From Tolypothrix carrinoi HA7290-LM1 (GTDB lineage Bacteria; Cyanobacteriota; Cyanobacteriia; Cyanobacteriales; Nostocaceae): a stretch of DNA of 64,000 nt. Below are positions 1 through 10,806 of the stretch, in pieces. The notes under the pieces are model-generated. The model was not told the origin of the DNA, did not search any database, and worked only from the letters and a program-made list of their open reading frames with translations. The stretch is taken from the NCBI GenBank assembly GCA_019358935.1, contig JAHHIK010000013.1:38007-102006 (forward strand), in the 5' to 3' direction. Position numbers and translations under genes: made by a program. Positions within the stretch are counted from its first letter, which is position 1, and every line of letters begins with the position of its first letter.

Positions 1-122
1 GGCAGCACATCAAAGGGGCTAACAAAATAAAGCATAGTTCCCAAAATAACCCACCAGCGGTATTTGGGGTTGCGAAGTAAATTACGATACCAACTGTAAA
101 CGGCTTGAATTGAGAAGTTCAT
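1..122 (-). CDS. YkvA/DUF1232-family membrane protein (5' part; runs off window)
   Basis: Manual translation from ATG at 122: MNFSIQAVYSWYRNLLRNPKYRWWVILGTMLYFVSPFDVLP; the Y-x-x-SP-x-D-x-x-P motif is typical of YkvA. Confidence 0.75.
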   Translation of the reverse strand, partial: MNFSIQAVYSWYRNLLRNPKYRWWVILGTMLYFVSPFDVL

Positions 123-339
123 GTTTTAGACCTCCAGTTAACTTTAATTTTGGCAAATTATGCCCTAAACTTCCTGTGGGAATAACCGCCCTAATTAGTG
201 AGTGAAGACGCTACTCTCAAGTTACGCAAAATTCTATCTTGTGATAGTTAACACAAGTCTTGGCTGTGGTGCATTAATCTCTAAAATTAAAATGCTTTGG
301 GATAGTTGCACGCAGAATAAATGGAGGAAACCGAAAATA

Positions 340-1128
340 GTGGATATTTTAGATTTGATAGAAAAGGGCGGACCGGCGATGTGGCCTTTGCTTGCCCTGT
401 CGATTTTGTCTTTGAGCGTGATTTTCGAGCGTTTGTGGTTTTGGTTAAGAATATTAACGCAAGAAAAGGAAATAGTTGATCGCGTGTTAGATGCAGCCTG
501 TGAAAATTGGGTAACGGCTAGGGATATTGCCAGACAAGCGACATCTCAGCCTATAGGACGCTTTCTTTTTGCGCCCTTAAACTTGCCCAAAACCGACACG
601 GAAACGTTTAGACTGGCGCTGGAAGCAAGCGCAGAAGATGAATTAGCGGGGATGCGTCGGGGGGAAAAACTTTTAGAAGCCGTGATTGCCCTCGCGCCAT
701 TATTAGGATTGTTGGGTACGGTTTTGGGTTTGATCCAGGCTTTGCGAGCTATTCGGATTGGCGATTTGGGAACCGCATCGACAGCTGGGGTGACTACTGG
801 TATCGGGGAATCTTTAATTAGTACGGCAGCAGGGCTAATTGTGGCGATCGTTAGTTTGGTATTTTATCGTTTATTTCAAAGTTTTCTCGTCAACCAAGTG
901 AAAGTATTTCGCAAGGCAGGGAATGATATGGAATTACTTTACCGGCAGTCACCGCCTGATTTTAGCAATAATCCATTAGAAAAAGCGCTGTTGCCCGCTC
1001 GAGAGCGAGATTCCTCACCCCAAAAGTTCTCTGCACCCCGCAAAAGAGGTAGAAACAAGTTTTCGCAAGTTCCTCCAGAATCTCCACCAACCGAATCTGA
1101 TTCACATTCATCAGATCCAGAGCAATAG
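340..1128 (+). CDS. exbB: MotA/TolQ/ExbB proton channel protein
   Basis: GGPAMWPL, APLLGLLGTVLGLI and LISTAAGLIVAI motifs; GTG at 340 preceded by GGAGG. Confidence 0.85.
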   Translation: MDILDLIEKGGPAMWPLLALSILSLSVIFERLWFWLRILTQEKEIVDRVLDAACENWVTARDIARQATSQPIGRFLFAPLNLPKTDTETFRLALEASAEDELAGMRRGEKLLEAVIALAPLLGLLGTVLGLIQALRAIRIGDLGTASTAGVTTGIGESLISTAAGLIVAIVSLVFYRLFQSFLVNQVKVFRKAGNDMELLYRQSPPDFSNNPLEKALLPARERDSSPQKFSAPRKRGRNKFSQVPPESPPTESDSHSSDPEQ

Positions 1129-1158
1129 TCAATTATTCAAGTAAGGCGTGAAAATAAG

Positions 1159-1860
1159 ATGATGAAAGTTAACCTGCATACTCCAGTTGAAGAAGTCCAA
1201 ATTCAAATCATTCCCTTAATTGATGTCGTTTTTTGTATCCTGACATTTTTTATTTTGGCGGCTTTGCAATTCACTCGACAAGAAGCGATTAATATTAATT
1301 TGCCGGAAGCTAAAACAGGTACACCACTACCTAATACTTCAAATGCACAACTACAGTCTCAAGGGCAGATATTAACTTTGGGTATCGATGCGATCGGTCA
1401 AACTTCCTTAGATGGACAACCGATAAAACGAGAGCAATTAGCAGAGAATTACAAAAATTATCTCAAGCAAAATCCTAATGGCATTTTGGCGTTGAAAGTT
1501 ACTAAGTCAACGGCTTATAACGATGTTATGGAGATGGTAGATTTATGGAGACAACAGGGGGGTACTCAAATCTCTTTTGTAGTTCAACCTACTTTCTCAT
1601 CACCACCCACATCATCACCACCTGTTATCCCCCCTTTCCCAGTTAATCCAGGCGCTGCACCTGTACCAAATACCGCGCCAGTTGCTCCCATTAATCCACA
1701 AAGCAACCCGAACTTCAATCTACCCCCAAATGCGCCTATTCAGCCTTTGCCTGGGCAAGGGTTCAATCCTGCCCCCGGTGGCGTTTTTCCTGTTTTCCCC
1801 CAAGTGCCAGCCCCCCAAGCGCCCGCAAAACAAGCAACTCCCACGCCTGCTAAAAGGTGA
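1159..1860 (+). CDS. exbD: ExbD/TolR biopolymer transporter with Pro-rich C-terminal tail
   Basis: IIPLIDVVFCILTFF TM motif, INLPEA; directly follows exbB. Confidence 0.85.
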   Translation: MMKVNLHTPVEEVQIQIIPLIDVVFCILTFFILAALQFTRQEAININLPEAKTGTPLPNTSNAQLQSQGQILTLGIDAIGQTSLDGQPIKREQLAENYKNYLKQNPNGILALKVTKSTAYNDVMEMVDLWRQQGGTQISFVVQPTFSSPPTSSPPVIPPFPVNPGAAPVPNTAPVAPINPQSNPNFNLPPNAPIQPLPGQGFNPAPGGVFPVFPQVPAPQAPAKQATPTPAKR

Positions 1861-2045
1861 GATGGGTTGTTGGAAGGGGACAAGGGGACAAGGGCGACGG
1901 GCGTGGGGAGTTTGTCTCCTCATCTCCTTCCATCTCCCCATTTCCCAAAACCTAAAGAGATACAGAATTAATCTTGCTTGGCAAAAAATTCCTGCTAACT
2001 TACAGATAACTACTTAAGATTCAAATATCTTTCTATTAGGGGTAT

Positions 2046-2164
2046 AAAGTTAAAAGTTAGGAGTTAAAAGTTAAGAATTAGGAGTTGGGAATTCTTAATA
2101 ACTCTTAACTCATAACTCATGACTCATAACTCATCACTTTTAACTCCTAACTCTTAACTCCTAA
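2046..2164. repeat. STRR heptamer array (TTAGGAG / TAACTCA) in inverted arrangement
   Basis: Tandem heptamers followed by their reverse complements between convergent exbD and psb29. Confidence 0.8.
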
Positions 2165-2872
2165 TTATTCGTTGATAGATGGAGGAGTAACTTTAGTTGT
2201 TGATTGCTGTAAACGTTGTTCGCGTTTTTTGCGATCGGCTGAAAGCATATCTGCCATAACTACTAGTGCTTGCGCCATTTTATCTAGATTAGAACGGTAT
2301 AGATCCAAATCTTTAGTGAGTTTGTCATCAGATAAATGTAAGCCACTAGCAACGCTTTTCAGTGCTTCAGTGCGCTGTTTTTCATCTTTGACTAATTCTG
2401 GATCTGACAGTTCTAATAAAGAAAATAAACCGATCGCAAACAAACGGCTATATTTAAAATTAGGATTGTTAGCGATCGCTAGGAGTTGTTCAGCTAAGTC
2501 AGCATCTCGATCCGTAGGAGTCGTTTGGCTTAACCACCCAATTAAATCTTTTGATGGTAAGCTTTGCGCTAAAGCCTGCAAACGGTGTGCATCTTGTTTA
2601 TAACGTTGCGGATCTTCCTCTATAGCCTGACACAGGGCATTAAAAATTGACTCTTTATCTTGTTCTGGCAGATAGCCTTGCATGAAGCGGTCGAATGTAG
2701 TGACGACGCCCAAGGCATAAATTGGATTGTAGCTAAAATCGGCATTCACTGACAGCAGATGCATTTCTACCATCAGTTCTTCCACCACTCGACGATAAAT
2801 AGTATTTATCGGGCGCGTGTGGCGGTTATAGAATGTTCGCTTTGTATCAGAGACAGTACGGACGTTATTCAC
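2165..2872 (-). CDS. psb29: Photosystem II biogenesis protein Psb29/THF1
   Basis: TVSDTKRTFY...IYRRVVEELMVEMHLL and YSRLFAIGLF signatures. Confidence 0.95.
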   Translation of the reverse strand: MNNVRTVSDTKRTFYNRHTRPINTIYRRVVEELMVEMHLLSVNADFSYNPIYALGVVTTFDRFMQGYLPEQDKESIFNALCQAIEEDPQRYKQDAHRLQALAQSLPSKDLIGWLSQTTPTDRDADLAEQLLAIANNPNFKYSRLFAIGLFSLLELSDPELVKDEKQRTEALKSVASGLHLSDDKLTKDLDLYRSNLDKMAQALVVMADMLSADRKKREQRLQQSTTKVTPPSINE

Positions 2873-3064
2873 AAAGAAAATCTTTTGGGCGACGTATCTT
2901 TATTCTCTCGCTTCACGGCAACTTTGCCAAGTTGAGGTTTACACAAGTATTGACTGCTTGATTTGCGTTTTGGACAATTATCTTTTAACACACCACAAGA
3001 GTTGGGAATCCTCAGCTGGACAAAACTATGCAAAAATTATGATACGTCATAATTGTGCATCAAT

Positions 3065-3655
3065 ATGAGCTTCTCGCCACAGTTAACTGCCTTAGCTGAA
3101 TATTTGGCTGGTGAATTTGATAATCGCGCTCAAGCTTTAGCCGATCCAGCTTGGTATGTTCACTTACGAATGTGGCAAAGACCTGTTGCTTTATTTTCAG
3201 AAGACAGTTTTACCCTGTTTGCTGAACAAGCCAATGTTCTTAAATTAGATCAGCCTTACCGTCAGCGAATTATGCGCTTACAGCAAAAAGGTGACGCTGA
3301 TGCTATCCAAGTCCAATATTATATGCCTAAAGATCCAGACGCCTTAAAATGCGCTGGTCAAAACCCCGCTTTACTTAATACCCTGACACCAGACCAATTA
3401 AATTTACTACCAGGCTGCATCCTTTCTGTTACGCAGCAAGAAATAAGTCCCAATTGCTACAAATTTACAGCGACTGCACCGCCAGACACTCGCTGTTGCT
3501 TTACTTATAGTGGCAATACCATCCAAGTATCCTTAGGGTTTGAAGCCACTAAAAACGAATTTTATAGCTACGACAAAGGAATTGATCCGGAAGGAAAAGC
3601 AACTTGGGGAGCGATTATGGGTCCTTATCGCTACACCAAACAAAATCAATTATGA
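3065..3655 (+). CDS. cpcT: CpcT/CpeT phycobiliprotein chromophore lyase
   Basis: LAGEFDNRAQA, PYRQR, SYDKGID...TWG motifs. Confidence 0.85.
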   Translation: MSFSPQLTALAEYLAGEFDNRAQALADPAWYVHLRMWQRPVALFSEDSFTLFAEQANVLKLDQPYRQRIMRLQQKGDADAIQVQYYMPKDPDALKCAGQNPALLNTLTPDQLNLLPGCILSVTQQEISPNCYKFTATAPPDTRCCFTYSGNTIQVSLGFEATKNEFYSYDKGIDPEGKATWGAIMGPYRYTKQNQL

Positions 3656-3790
3656 GTTAGGAGTTAGGAGTTAGGAGTTAGGAGTTATGAGTTAGGAGTT
3701 ATGAGTTAGGAGTTATGAGTTATTTAATTAACTCCTCACTCCTCACTTTTAACTCTTAACTTTTTTAAGATCACTCTTAACTTCTAACTT
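3652..3790. repeat. STRR heptamer array (GAGTTAG/GAGTTAT then TAACTC-like)
   Basis: Visible tandem heptamers between convergent genes. Confidence 0.8.
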
Positions 3791-3795
3791 CTTTT

Positions 3796-4164
3796 TTAGC
3801 TTGCGATGCTGCGAGGTACACCTTCTAAAGCTTCCTCTTCAGTTTCAAAGATTTCAAAGACTGTATCCATCATCGTCACTTCAAACACCAGTTTTGCTTC
3901 TGGATGTACATTACAGATGCGGAAACTACCTTTTACTTTATCAGCATCACGCATCCCCGCGACTAAAGATGTCAAACCAGAACTATCAATAAAATTCACT
4001 CCTCCGAGATTAACAACTACATGGCGACTCAGTTTGGAGATACATTCCTGTAACTTCAAGCGAAATTGCCAAGCTGTGGTAATATCTAGGCGACCGGATG
4101 GAGTTAAGACAATAACGATATTGCCATCTTGAGTTGTATAAGTTTTTTGATCTATATGAATCAC
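3796..4164 (-). CDS. STAS-domain anti-sigma factor antagonist
   Basis: SGRLD and VNFIDSSGL motif with the phosphorylatable Ser. Confidence 0.9.
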   Translation of the reverse strand: MIHIDQKTYTTQDGNIVIVLTPSGRLDITTAWQFRLKLQECISKLSRHVVVNLGGVNFIDSSGLTSLVAGMRDADKVKGSFRICNVHPEAKLVFEVTMMDTVFEIFETEEEALEGVPRSIAS

Positions 4165-4435
4165 GCTCGCCTCCCGTTGGCGCTGCTGTCAAATTGACAT
4201 CGGCTGTATTTAGCGTTGGACTAGTGAGCCAAAAGATTTTTTAAAAGTAATCTTTATCACTTTGCTACTGATACACAGTTTAGAAGCTGATAGTGAAATA
4301 GTTGGCTCACCAATTGAAAAAAAACGTCCAATGCTTATGCTTGAGATTAACAAGCAACAGCCAAAACTGTCACTTTTTTTTGCTAAGTGCTTTCTTTTAG
4401 TAGTTTAACTCACCAAAAGAGTGCTGAACGGAAAG

Positions 4436-4640
4436 TCGGGAGTGGGGAGTGGGGAGTGGGGAGTAGGGAATGGGGGGAGTGGGGGACAAAAAGACAAGGG
4501 GGACTCCTTGGAGACAAGGAGGACAAGGGGGATAAGGAGACAAGGAGATAATTAACTCCTAACAACTAACAACTAACAACTAACAACTAACTCCGTGCCT
4601 CCGTGCCTCCGTGCCTCCGTGCCTCCGTGCCTCCGTGCCT
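4436..4640. repeat. Compound tandem repeats (GGGGAGT, AACAACT heptamers; CTCCGTGC octamer x6 at 4591-4638)
   Basis: Directly visible. Confidence 0.85.
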
Positions 4641-4642
4641 CT

Positions 4643-5689
4643 CTACTCAGCACTGTGGTTTGGTGTCCAGTTTGCCCAATCTTGAGGTTTAAGAAAGGTT
4701 TCATATAACTCAGCTTCGGGGGAATTAGGTTCTGGCTGATAGCCGTATTCCCAGCGCACTAGGGGAGGTAAAGACATGAGAATAGATTCGGTGCGTCCGT
4801 TGGTTTGCAGACCAAAAATAGTGCCTCGGTCATAAACCAAGTTAAATTCTACATACCGACCCCGACGATAAAGTTGAAAATTCCGTTGGCGATCGCCATA
4901 TTCTGTATTATGTCGCCGTTCAACAATTGGCACGTAAGATGGTAAAAATGCATTACCACATTCTTGCACAAAAGTAAATAATTCTTCCCAACTGCGTGAT
5001 TCTGGCGCACCTAGCTGATTGCTGTAAATAGCCGCCTCACCATCTGGATGGGGACCGCGATATAATTCACCTTCACCATGTTGGTAATCAAAAAATAGAC
5101 CACCTACACCCCGCGTTTCTCCGCGATGCTTGAGGTAGAAATATTCATCACACCAGCGCTTAAACACTTGATAATATTCTGAGTGATGCTTATCACATGC
5201 TCCTTTGATAGTTTGATGAAAATGTGCTGCATCTTCAGCGAACGGGTAATAAGGAGTTAAATCCGCACCGCCACCAAACCACCACACCGGACCTGCTTCA
5301 AAATAACGATAATTGAGGTGAACAGTTGGCACGTAAGGGTTACGAGGATGTAACACCATTGAAGTACCCGTAGCATACCAGCGGTGTCCTTCTGCGTCTG
5401 GGCGTTGGGTTAAAATAGAGGGTGGTAGGTGTTCTCCCCAAACTTCAGAAAAACCGACACCAGCTTGTTCAAAGATTGCACCCTCACGCATAACACGCGA
5501 TCGCCCTCCACCTCCTTCTGGACGTTCCCAACTATCTTGTTGGAACTTACCCACACCATCCACGTCTTCCAGGGTTTGAGCAATTTTGTCCTGCAACTGT
5601 TTCATAAACTGACTCACCCTAGCCTTAGCGTCAGCTGGCGGTAAAGACTTAGATGATTCGGTTTGGCGATGAAGCGAGTTGGTCAACAT
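4643..5689 (-). CDS. hemF: Oxygen-dependent coproporphyrinogen III oxidase
   Basis: [44 protein letters not shown]. Confidence 0.95.
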   Translation of the reverse strand: MLTNSLHRQTESSKSLPPADAKARVSQFMKQLQDKIAQTLEDVDGVGKFQQDSWERPEGGGGRSRVMREGAIFEQAGVGFSEVWGEHLPPSILTQRPDAEGHRWYATGTSMVLHPRNPYVPTVHLNYRYFEAGPVWWFGGGADLTPYYPFAEDAAHFHQTIKGACDKHHSEYYQVFKRWCDEYFYLKHRGETRGVGGLFFDYQHGEGELYRGPHPDGEAAIYSNQLGAPESRSWEELFTFVQECGNAFLPSYVPIVERRHNTEYGDRQRNFQLYRRGRYVEFNLVYDRGTIFGLQTNGRTESILMSLPPLVRWEYGYQPEPNSPEAELYETFLKPQDWANWTPNHSAE

Positions 5690-6103
5690 AATAAATTCAG
5701 CAACCTAAATTACAATTTCTAAAAAGCAACAAATCTCTCAACTTAAACATTTGCAGGCAATACGCGCCAAAAAAACCGACTCAAATCGCCCAACTTAAGA
5801 GCGTTACAGTCAAGCATTCACCCACCAAACGTGGGCATAACTAAAGATATTGTCCCTCAAATGTGTATAGGCTTGTATATTGACTAAGTTTTTTATGCCT
5901 AATTTATGTGAACATTTAAGTGTGATACCAAGTTGCAATTAAAAGATATTACTTTGAGATTGCGTGTAGGGGCATAGGGCGTACAAAAAAATAAACATAT
6001 AAACGCGCATTGGGCATTGGGCATGGGGCATCGTCCAAGTGGGCATCGTCCAAGTGGGCATACAAAGAAATTTGGCTTTATTACCAATGCCCAATGCCCC
6101 ATG

Positions 6104-6247
6104 ACGGCAGATGCGTGACTGTCGGCACCGACGGCAGGTGCTACAACGTTCGTGACCTCCCTTCGGGTTCGCCACTACGAATAGACCCAAACCGACACCG
6201 CGCCCGTGGACTCACCGCAACGCACTGCCTCCCCAACGCACTGCCTC
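6104..6247 (-). mobile_element. Three-level nested small dispersed elements (45-nt GAG...CGT family) inside an STRR array
   Basis: Inner element 6131-6231 equals the reverse complement of the 45-mer at 27043 plus a ~56-nt insert; it sits inside another family member. Confidence 0.65.
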
Positions 6248-6321
6248 CCCCATGCCCATTGCCCCATGCCCATTGCGATAGGGCCCCAACCAGATGTGTA
6301 GCCAGGAAGAGGATTATAAAA

Positions 6322-6807
6322 ATGCAAGCTTGGTTGTCCAAATTTATCCACCGCAAACGGCGTCGGGTTTGTGCTTCTTTGGTGCGAACGTACCGAGAAA
6401 TTAGTTCTGCCTCACCAGACGAACTATGGCAAAAGGTAGTAGATTTAGCAGACGTTTCCTGGCATCCAATGCTGAAGAGTACCAATGTTCCCTACGGATT
6501 AGTACCCAAACCGGGATTGATTTATCAAGCGGTAACACGCTTGTCGCCGATTCCTATCCGTATTTTTGTCGAGCGCGTCAATCCCAGAGAACTTTTAACT
6601 GTACGCGTGCTAGCGATTCCTGGTGTAGAAGAACGAGTGACTTATCAACTAGAGTCCACAGTTTGTGGCACTTGTTTGTCTTATTCTGTAACCCTACGCG
6701 GTTGGTTATCGCCTTTGATTTGGTCGTTTTCTCGTCCTTATAGCGATCGCGTAGCCCGCGCTTTAGTTGATGCTGTAGAAAAGGCAGGATTGCCAGCAGG
6801 GAGTTAG
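6322..6807 (+). CDS. SRPBCC (polyketide cyclase/START-like) family protein
   Basis: SASPDELWQKVVDLADVSW motif; ATG 6322 with GAGGA upstream; the longer ORF N-terminus is repeat-derived. Confidence 0.75.
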   Translation: MQAWLSKFIHRKRRRVCASLVRTYREISSASPDELWQKVVDLADVSWHPMLKSTNVPYGLVPKPGLIYQAVTRLSPIPIRIFVERVNPRELLTVRVLAIPGVEERVTYQLESTVCGTCLSYSVTLRGWLSPLIWSFSRPYSDRVARALVDAVEKAGLPAGS

Positions 6808-7007
6808 TGGGGAATGGGGAATGGGTAATGGGAAATGGGTAATGGGGAATGGGTAGGGTTAAAACAACGCTCCAAATAACAACGCTCCACATAACAACGC
6901 TCCAACGCTCCAACCAACATTCAACAATACCTTCATAAAGTTAAGATGCAAGTAGATCGTAAAAACTATTTGCAAAGATTTATTACAGCGGCAAGGGTGA
7001 AAACACG

Positions 7008-8078
7008 ATGTATGATGTCCTCGATGCTCAGTCGGTTCTAAATGTGCTGCGACCGGTGGAAGATCCAGAACTTCGCAAAAGTCTGGTAGAACTCAACATG
7101 ATTCGCAACGTCAAAATTGACGGTGGCAAAGTTAGCTTCACTTTGGTATTAACAACACCCGCCTGTCCTCTACGTGAATTTATCGTTGATGATTGCCGCA
7201 GAGCGGTAAAAAAACTACCAAATGTTACAGATGTAGCTGTAGAAGTCACAGCAGAAACACCTCAGCAAAAAAGCTTACCCGATCGCACTGGCATTAGTGG
7301 TGTAAAAAACATTATCGCCGTTTCTAGCGGCAAAGGCGGTGTAGGTAAAAGTACGGTAGCTGTGAATGTGGCGGTAGCATTAGCACAAACCGGGGCAAAA
7401 GTTGGCTTACTCGATGCCGATATTTACGGTCCCAACGACCCCACCATGTTAGGGCTGAGTGATGCCCAAATTACTGTCCGTCCTGGCGAAAAAGGCGAAA
7501 TCCTGGAACCTGCTTTTAATCACGGTGTCAAGTTAGTCTCTATGGGCTTTTTAATTGACCGAGATCAGCCGGTGATTTGGCGCGGACCAATGCTGAATGG
7601 AGTGATTCGTCAATTTCTCTATCAAGTGCAATGGGGCGAACTCGATTATTTGATTGTGGATATGCCACCGGGTACGGGGGATGCACAGTTAACTTTGACA
7701 CAAGCCGTGCCAATGGCGGGGGCAGTAATTGTCACCACACCGCAAAACGTAGCTTTGTTAGATTCTCGTAAAGGCTTGCGGATGTTTCAGCAGATGAACG
7801 TGCCAGTTTTGGGGATAGTGGAAAATATGAGTTATTTTATACCCCCAGATATGCCAGATAAGCAATATGACATTTTTGGTTCTGGTGGTGGTGAGAAAAC
7901 TGCTGCGGAGTTGGGTGTACCGTTGCTGGGGTGCGTACCCTTAGAGATTTGTACCAGAGTTGGGGGTGATAGCGGTGTGCCGATTGTTGTTGGCGAACCA
8001 GATTCAGCTAGTGCAAAAGCATTGTATGCGATCGCCCTCACCATCGCTGGCAAAGTATCAGTTGCTGCCCTAACATAG
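7008..8078 (+). CDS. mrp: Mrp/NBP35 Fe-S cluster carrier ATPase with N-terminal DUF59
   Basis: DPEL...TTPACP, SGKGGVGKST, DMPPGTGD, VENMS. Confidence 0.93.
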   Translation: MYDVLDAQSVLNVLRPVEDPELRKSLVELNMIRNVKIDGGKVSFTLVLTTPACPLREFIVDDCRRAVKKLPNVTDVAVEVTAETPQQKSLPDRTGISGVKNIIAVSSGKGGVGKSTVAVNVAVALAQTGAKVGLLDADIYGPNDPTMLGLSDAQITVRPGEKGEILEPAFNHGVKLVSMGFLIDRDQPVIWRGPMLNGVIRQFLYQVQWGELDYLIVDMPPGTGDAQLTLTQAVPMAGAVIVTTPQNVALLDSRKGLRMFQQMNVPVLGIVENMSYFIPPDMPDKQYDIFGSGGGEKTAAELGVPLLGCVPLEICTRVGGDSGVPIVVGEPDSASAKALYAIALTIAGKVSVAALT

Positions 8079-8178
8079 AATTTTAATTTTTATCTGGTTC
8101 CCCATCCGCAACCGGGGAATACAGATTTAAAATGCTGACTAAATTTAAAATCTAAAACCTAAAGTCTAAAATCACACA

Positions 8179-9504
8179 ATGTTGTTAAAAAGGTCGTCCA
8201 AAAAGTCTGTACCAAAAATTCGCTGGCAGCAATGGGTTAAACCCTGGCAGCAAACAGACTGGCTGCTATTTAGCTTACCAATTGCCATCACTCTATTTGG
8301 TGGCATTATGATCAAAAGTACCGAATTGAACCAAGGACTCACTGACTGGTGGTGGCACTGGCTGATGGGTGGCATTGGTACCGTAATAGCCCTGATCCTT
8401 GCCCGCATCCGCTACGAAAATCTGATTCAGTGGCACTGGATAACTTATACAATAACCAATATCAGCTTGATCGCCGTCACGGTAGCTGGTCAGAGCGCCA
8501 AAGGAGCACAACGGTGGGTTAGTATCGCAGGGATTCCCATACAACCCTCGGAATTTGCCAAAATAGGATTAATTATCACCCTAGCGGCTTTGTTACACAA
8601 GCGCAGCGCTTCTCAAATAGATAATGTTTTCCGCGCTTTGGCAATTACCGCCATTCCTTGGGCATTAGTATTTATACAACCTGATTTGGCAACATCACTG
8701 GTATTTGGAGCGATCGTTTTAGGAATGTTGTACTGGGCAAATGCTAACCCAGGCTGGTTAATATTGATGATTTCTCCCATCGTCGCTGCAATTTTGTTTA
8801 GTACACCTTGGCCCCTTTCAGCGCCGATAGTTTTGTTTGACCAACTATCTTTGGGACCTTTAGGATTAATTTGGTCAGCCGCTATGGGTGTACTAGGCTT
8901 TTTGACTCTCCCCTGGCGTCGATTTGGTATCAGCGGCATCAGTGCATGGATTCTGAACATGCTAGGCGGCGAAATAGGTGTCTTTGTCTGGAACCATGTA
9001 TTGAAAGATTATCAAAAAGGTCGGATCACCTCATTTCTCAATCCCGATGCCGACCCTCTGGGAACAGGATATCACCTGATTCAATCTCGAATTGCCATTG
9101 GTGCTGGGGGAATTTGGGGATGGGGACTAAATAAGGGTCCGATGACTCAACTAAATTTCGTTCCCGAACAGCATACAGACTTTATATTCTCTGCTGTGGG
9201 CGAAGAATTCGGTTTGATTGGTTGTTTGCTATTGCTGGTTGTCTTCTGCTTTGTTTGTCTGCGATTATTACATATTGCTCAAACCGCTAAAGATAATTTT
9301 GGTTCGTTATTGGCTATTGGCGTTTTGTCGATGATCGTCTTTCAGCTAATTGTTAACGTTGGCATGACGGTTGGTTTAGCACCGGTGGCGGGGATTCCCC
9401 TACCTTGGATGAGTTACGGTCGTTCTGCCATGTTGAGCAACTTCATCGCCTTGGGACTAGTAGAATCAGTAGCGAATTTTCGTCAACAGAGGCAGAGATA
9501 TTAG
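8179..9504 (+). CDS. rodA: Rod shape-determining SEDS protein RodA
   Basis: QPSEFAK, QPDL, PEQHTDFIFS, GIPLPWMSYG. Confidence 0.93.
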   Translation: MLLKRSSKKSVPKIRWQQWVKPWQQTDWLLFSLPIAITLFGGIMIKSTELNQGLTDWWWHWLMGGIGTVIALILARIRYENLIQWHWITYTITNISLIAVTVAGQSAKGAQRWVSIAGIPIQPSEFAKIGLIITLAALLHKRSASQIDNVFRALAITAIPWALVFIQPDLATSLVFGAIVLGMLYWANANPGWLILMISPIVAAILFSTPWPLSAPIVLFDQLSLGPLGLIWSAAMGVLGFLTLPWRRFGISGISAWILNMLGGEIGVFVWNHVLKDYQKGRITSFLNPDADPLGTGYHLIQSRIAIGAGGIWGWGLNKGPMTQLNFVPEQHTDFIFSAVGEEFGLIGCLLLLVVFCFVCLRLLHIAQTAKDNFGSLLAIGVLSMIVFQLIVNVGMTVGLAPVAGIPLPWMSYGRSAMLSNFIALGLVESVANFRQQRQRY

Positions 9505-9670
9505 TTAGGAGGTTGGTGGTTAGTGGTTAGTGGTTAGTGGGAATTTGAAGAGGGGAAAAGGGGAAATGCCCAATGCCCAATGCCCAATGCCCAATGCCCA
9601 ATGCCCAATGCCCAATGCCCAATGCCCAATGCCCAATGCCCACTAACAACCATCCACCAACAACCAACAA
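9505..9670. repeat. STRR arrays (TGGTTAG; AATGCCC about 11 copies; CAAC-rich)
   Basis: Directly visible. Confidence 0.85.
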
Positions 9671-9709
9671 CTATTAAGCTATTAATAGGAAACAAGCGAG
9701 GTTAAAATC

Positions 9710-9907
9710 ATGATCCTGCCAGGAGCGACTGTTCGTGTTAAGAATCCCGCAGATACTTATTATCGCTTTGAGGGACTCGTGCAACGGGTGAGTGATGGCA
9801 AGGTAGCCGTACTGTTTGAAGGTGGTAACTGGGATAAGTTAATCACCTTTCGTCTCAGCGAATTGGATCTTGTAGAAACCACTGCCGGACGGAAAAAAGC
9901 GAAATAA
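9710..9907 (+). CDS. ndhS: NDH-1 subunit NdhS
   Basis: LPGATVRV...[26 protein letters not shown]. Confidence 0.93.
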   Translation: MILPGATVRVKNPADTYYRFEGLVQRVSDGKVAVLFEGGNWDKLITFRLSELDLVETTAGRKKAK

Positions 9908-9995
9908 ACGCACATTAGTTAGGAGTTAGGAGTGAGGAGTTAAGAGAACTCATAACTCATAACTCATAACTCATAACTCATAACTCATAACTCTT

Positions 9996-10652
9996 ATGCG
10001 CCTTCCTTTACCACAGTTTGTCACAGGCGATCGCCACCCCAACCACATTGCGGAGGTGATCGAAACTACTACTACCGAATTTTTGGCACAGTGTCTGGAA
10101 CCTGAAGATTTGAGCTTCCCGCCCATGCCACCATTCGGTAGCTGGGTTTGTTCTGTGGATGAAGAATCCGGCAATCAAGTTTACGCTTTGGTGTATTATG
10201 CGACAACAATGCCCATAGATTCCGTACACAGGGCAAGAGCTTTAGGGTTGTCGTTGCAGGATTTGCGAGAGGAACAACCCCAGATATTCGCCATGCTGAA
10301 AACAGAATTTCGGGCGGCGATCGTCGGATTTGAACAGCCATCTGGCAGCATAAGTTATAACAATCGGGTGTATCAATATCTACCACCGCGTCCGCCACAA
10401 ATTCATCAAGCTGTTTATCGATGCGAACCAGAAGCGATCGTTAAATTCACCGAAGAGCTAGATTTTTTGCGGACATTACTTTTTGTAAACGGTGCGCCAG
10501 TAGACTCATTAACCGCAGCGGCGATTAGAGAAGTGTACCAGTTACGCAAAGCCGATAGACAATGGTTAATCAAAGCCGGTAGAACCTTAAGTGTGCTGCT
10601 CAAAGACGATTACGATCGCTTGCGATTTATCCTCAGCCAAATCCACCCATAG
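9996..10652 (+). CDS. HAS-barrel domain protein
   Basis: EVIETTTTEFLAQC, PPFGSWV, YLPPRPPQIHQAV typical of cyanobacterial HAS-barrel proteins. Confidence 0.75.
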   Translation: MRLPLPQFVTGDRHPNHIAEVIETTTTEFLAQCLEPEDLSFPPMPPFGSWVCSVDEESGNQVYALVYYATTMPIDSVHRARALGLSLQDLREEQPQIFAMLKTEFRAAIVGFEQPSGSISYNNRVYQYLPPRPPQIHQAVYRCEPEAIVKFTEELDFLRTLLFVNGAPVDSLTAAAIREVYQLRKADRQWLIKAGRTLSVLLKDDYDRLRFILSQIHP

Positions 10653-10806
10653 GTAGGATCGCATATGCGATCGCCTCGATGATGTAAGTCAAATTTTCTC
10701 ACTTTTTCATTTTCTCCAGGGTGGATGATTGATTTATTTTCACAGCGAACAATTGCCTTGGGGCAATTGTCGCTTCACCAAGCTTGCGAACATACAAGTC
10801 CTACCT

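Noticed and set aside
9996..10652. HerA-NurA or defence system around the HAS-barrel gene
   Set aside because: No HerA ATPase or NurA nuclease nearby; the context is housekeeping (ndhS).
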